Assembly (NCBI GenBank): GCA_951406725.2
Contig: OX597828.1
Coordinates: 41,230,001-41,294,000 of the forward strand
DNA: 64,000 bases
Reading direction: 5' to 3'
Source of the DNA: Octopus vulgaris
Lineage: Eukaryota
The notes under the pieces are model-generated. The model saw only the letters and a program-made list of their open reading frames with translations, had not been told where the DNA came from and did not search any database. Position numbers and translations under genes: made by a program. Numbering within the stretch: position 1 is the stretch's first letter; the number at the start of each line of letters is the position of its first letter. Shown here one piece after another: positions 63,977 through 64,000 of this stretch.

Positions 63977-64000
63977 ATGAGTGTCTATGCGTGTATGTAT

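Overview
Eukaryotic, AT-rich, microsatellite-saturated DNA. Its repeat families (tRNA-derived SINEs, RTE-LINE tails ending in (GAT)n, huge (TA)n/(CA)n tracts) look like octopus/coleoid cephalopod genome; this is an inference from repeat character. There is only one credible host protein-coding region: a 358-aa single-exon CDS on the minus strand (27674-28750), preceded by a splice acceptor and followed by a TE-poor 3' region. The protein is low-complexity and has candidate eIF4E-binding, PPRF and PAM2 motifs. The rest is mobile DNA: at least three SINE families, RTE and R4/Dong-like LINE fragments, a decayed Penelope-like (Naiad-type) RT/GIY-YIG element, Gypsy, mariner, hAT, piggyBac-type MITE and Helitron remnants, and three minisatellites. 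The most striking unexplained structure is a set of short, mostly (TA)n-associated fold-back or inverted inserts from several unrelated sequence families that carry minimal type I hammerhead ribozyme motifs. They include a perfect 200-bp palindrome with two hammerheads, a hammerhead with a compensatory G3-C8 core, and a tRNA-promoter-headed element with a hammerhead. Together they suggest a Penelope-driven non-autonomous ribozyme/hairpin retroelement system. A 39-bp tandem array carrying 11 perfect let-7 seed matches is also notable. All alignments and folds were done by eye.
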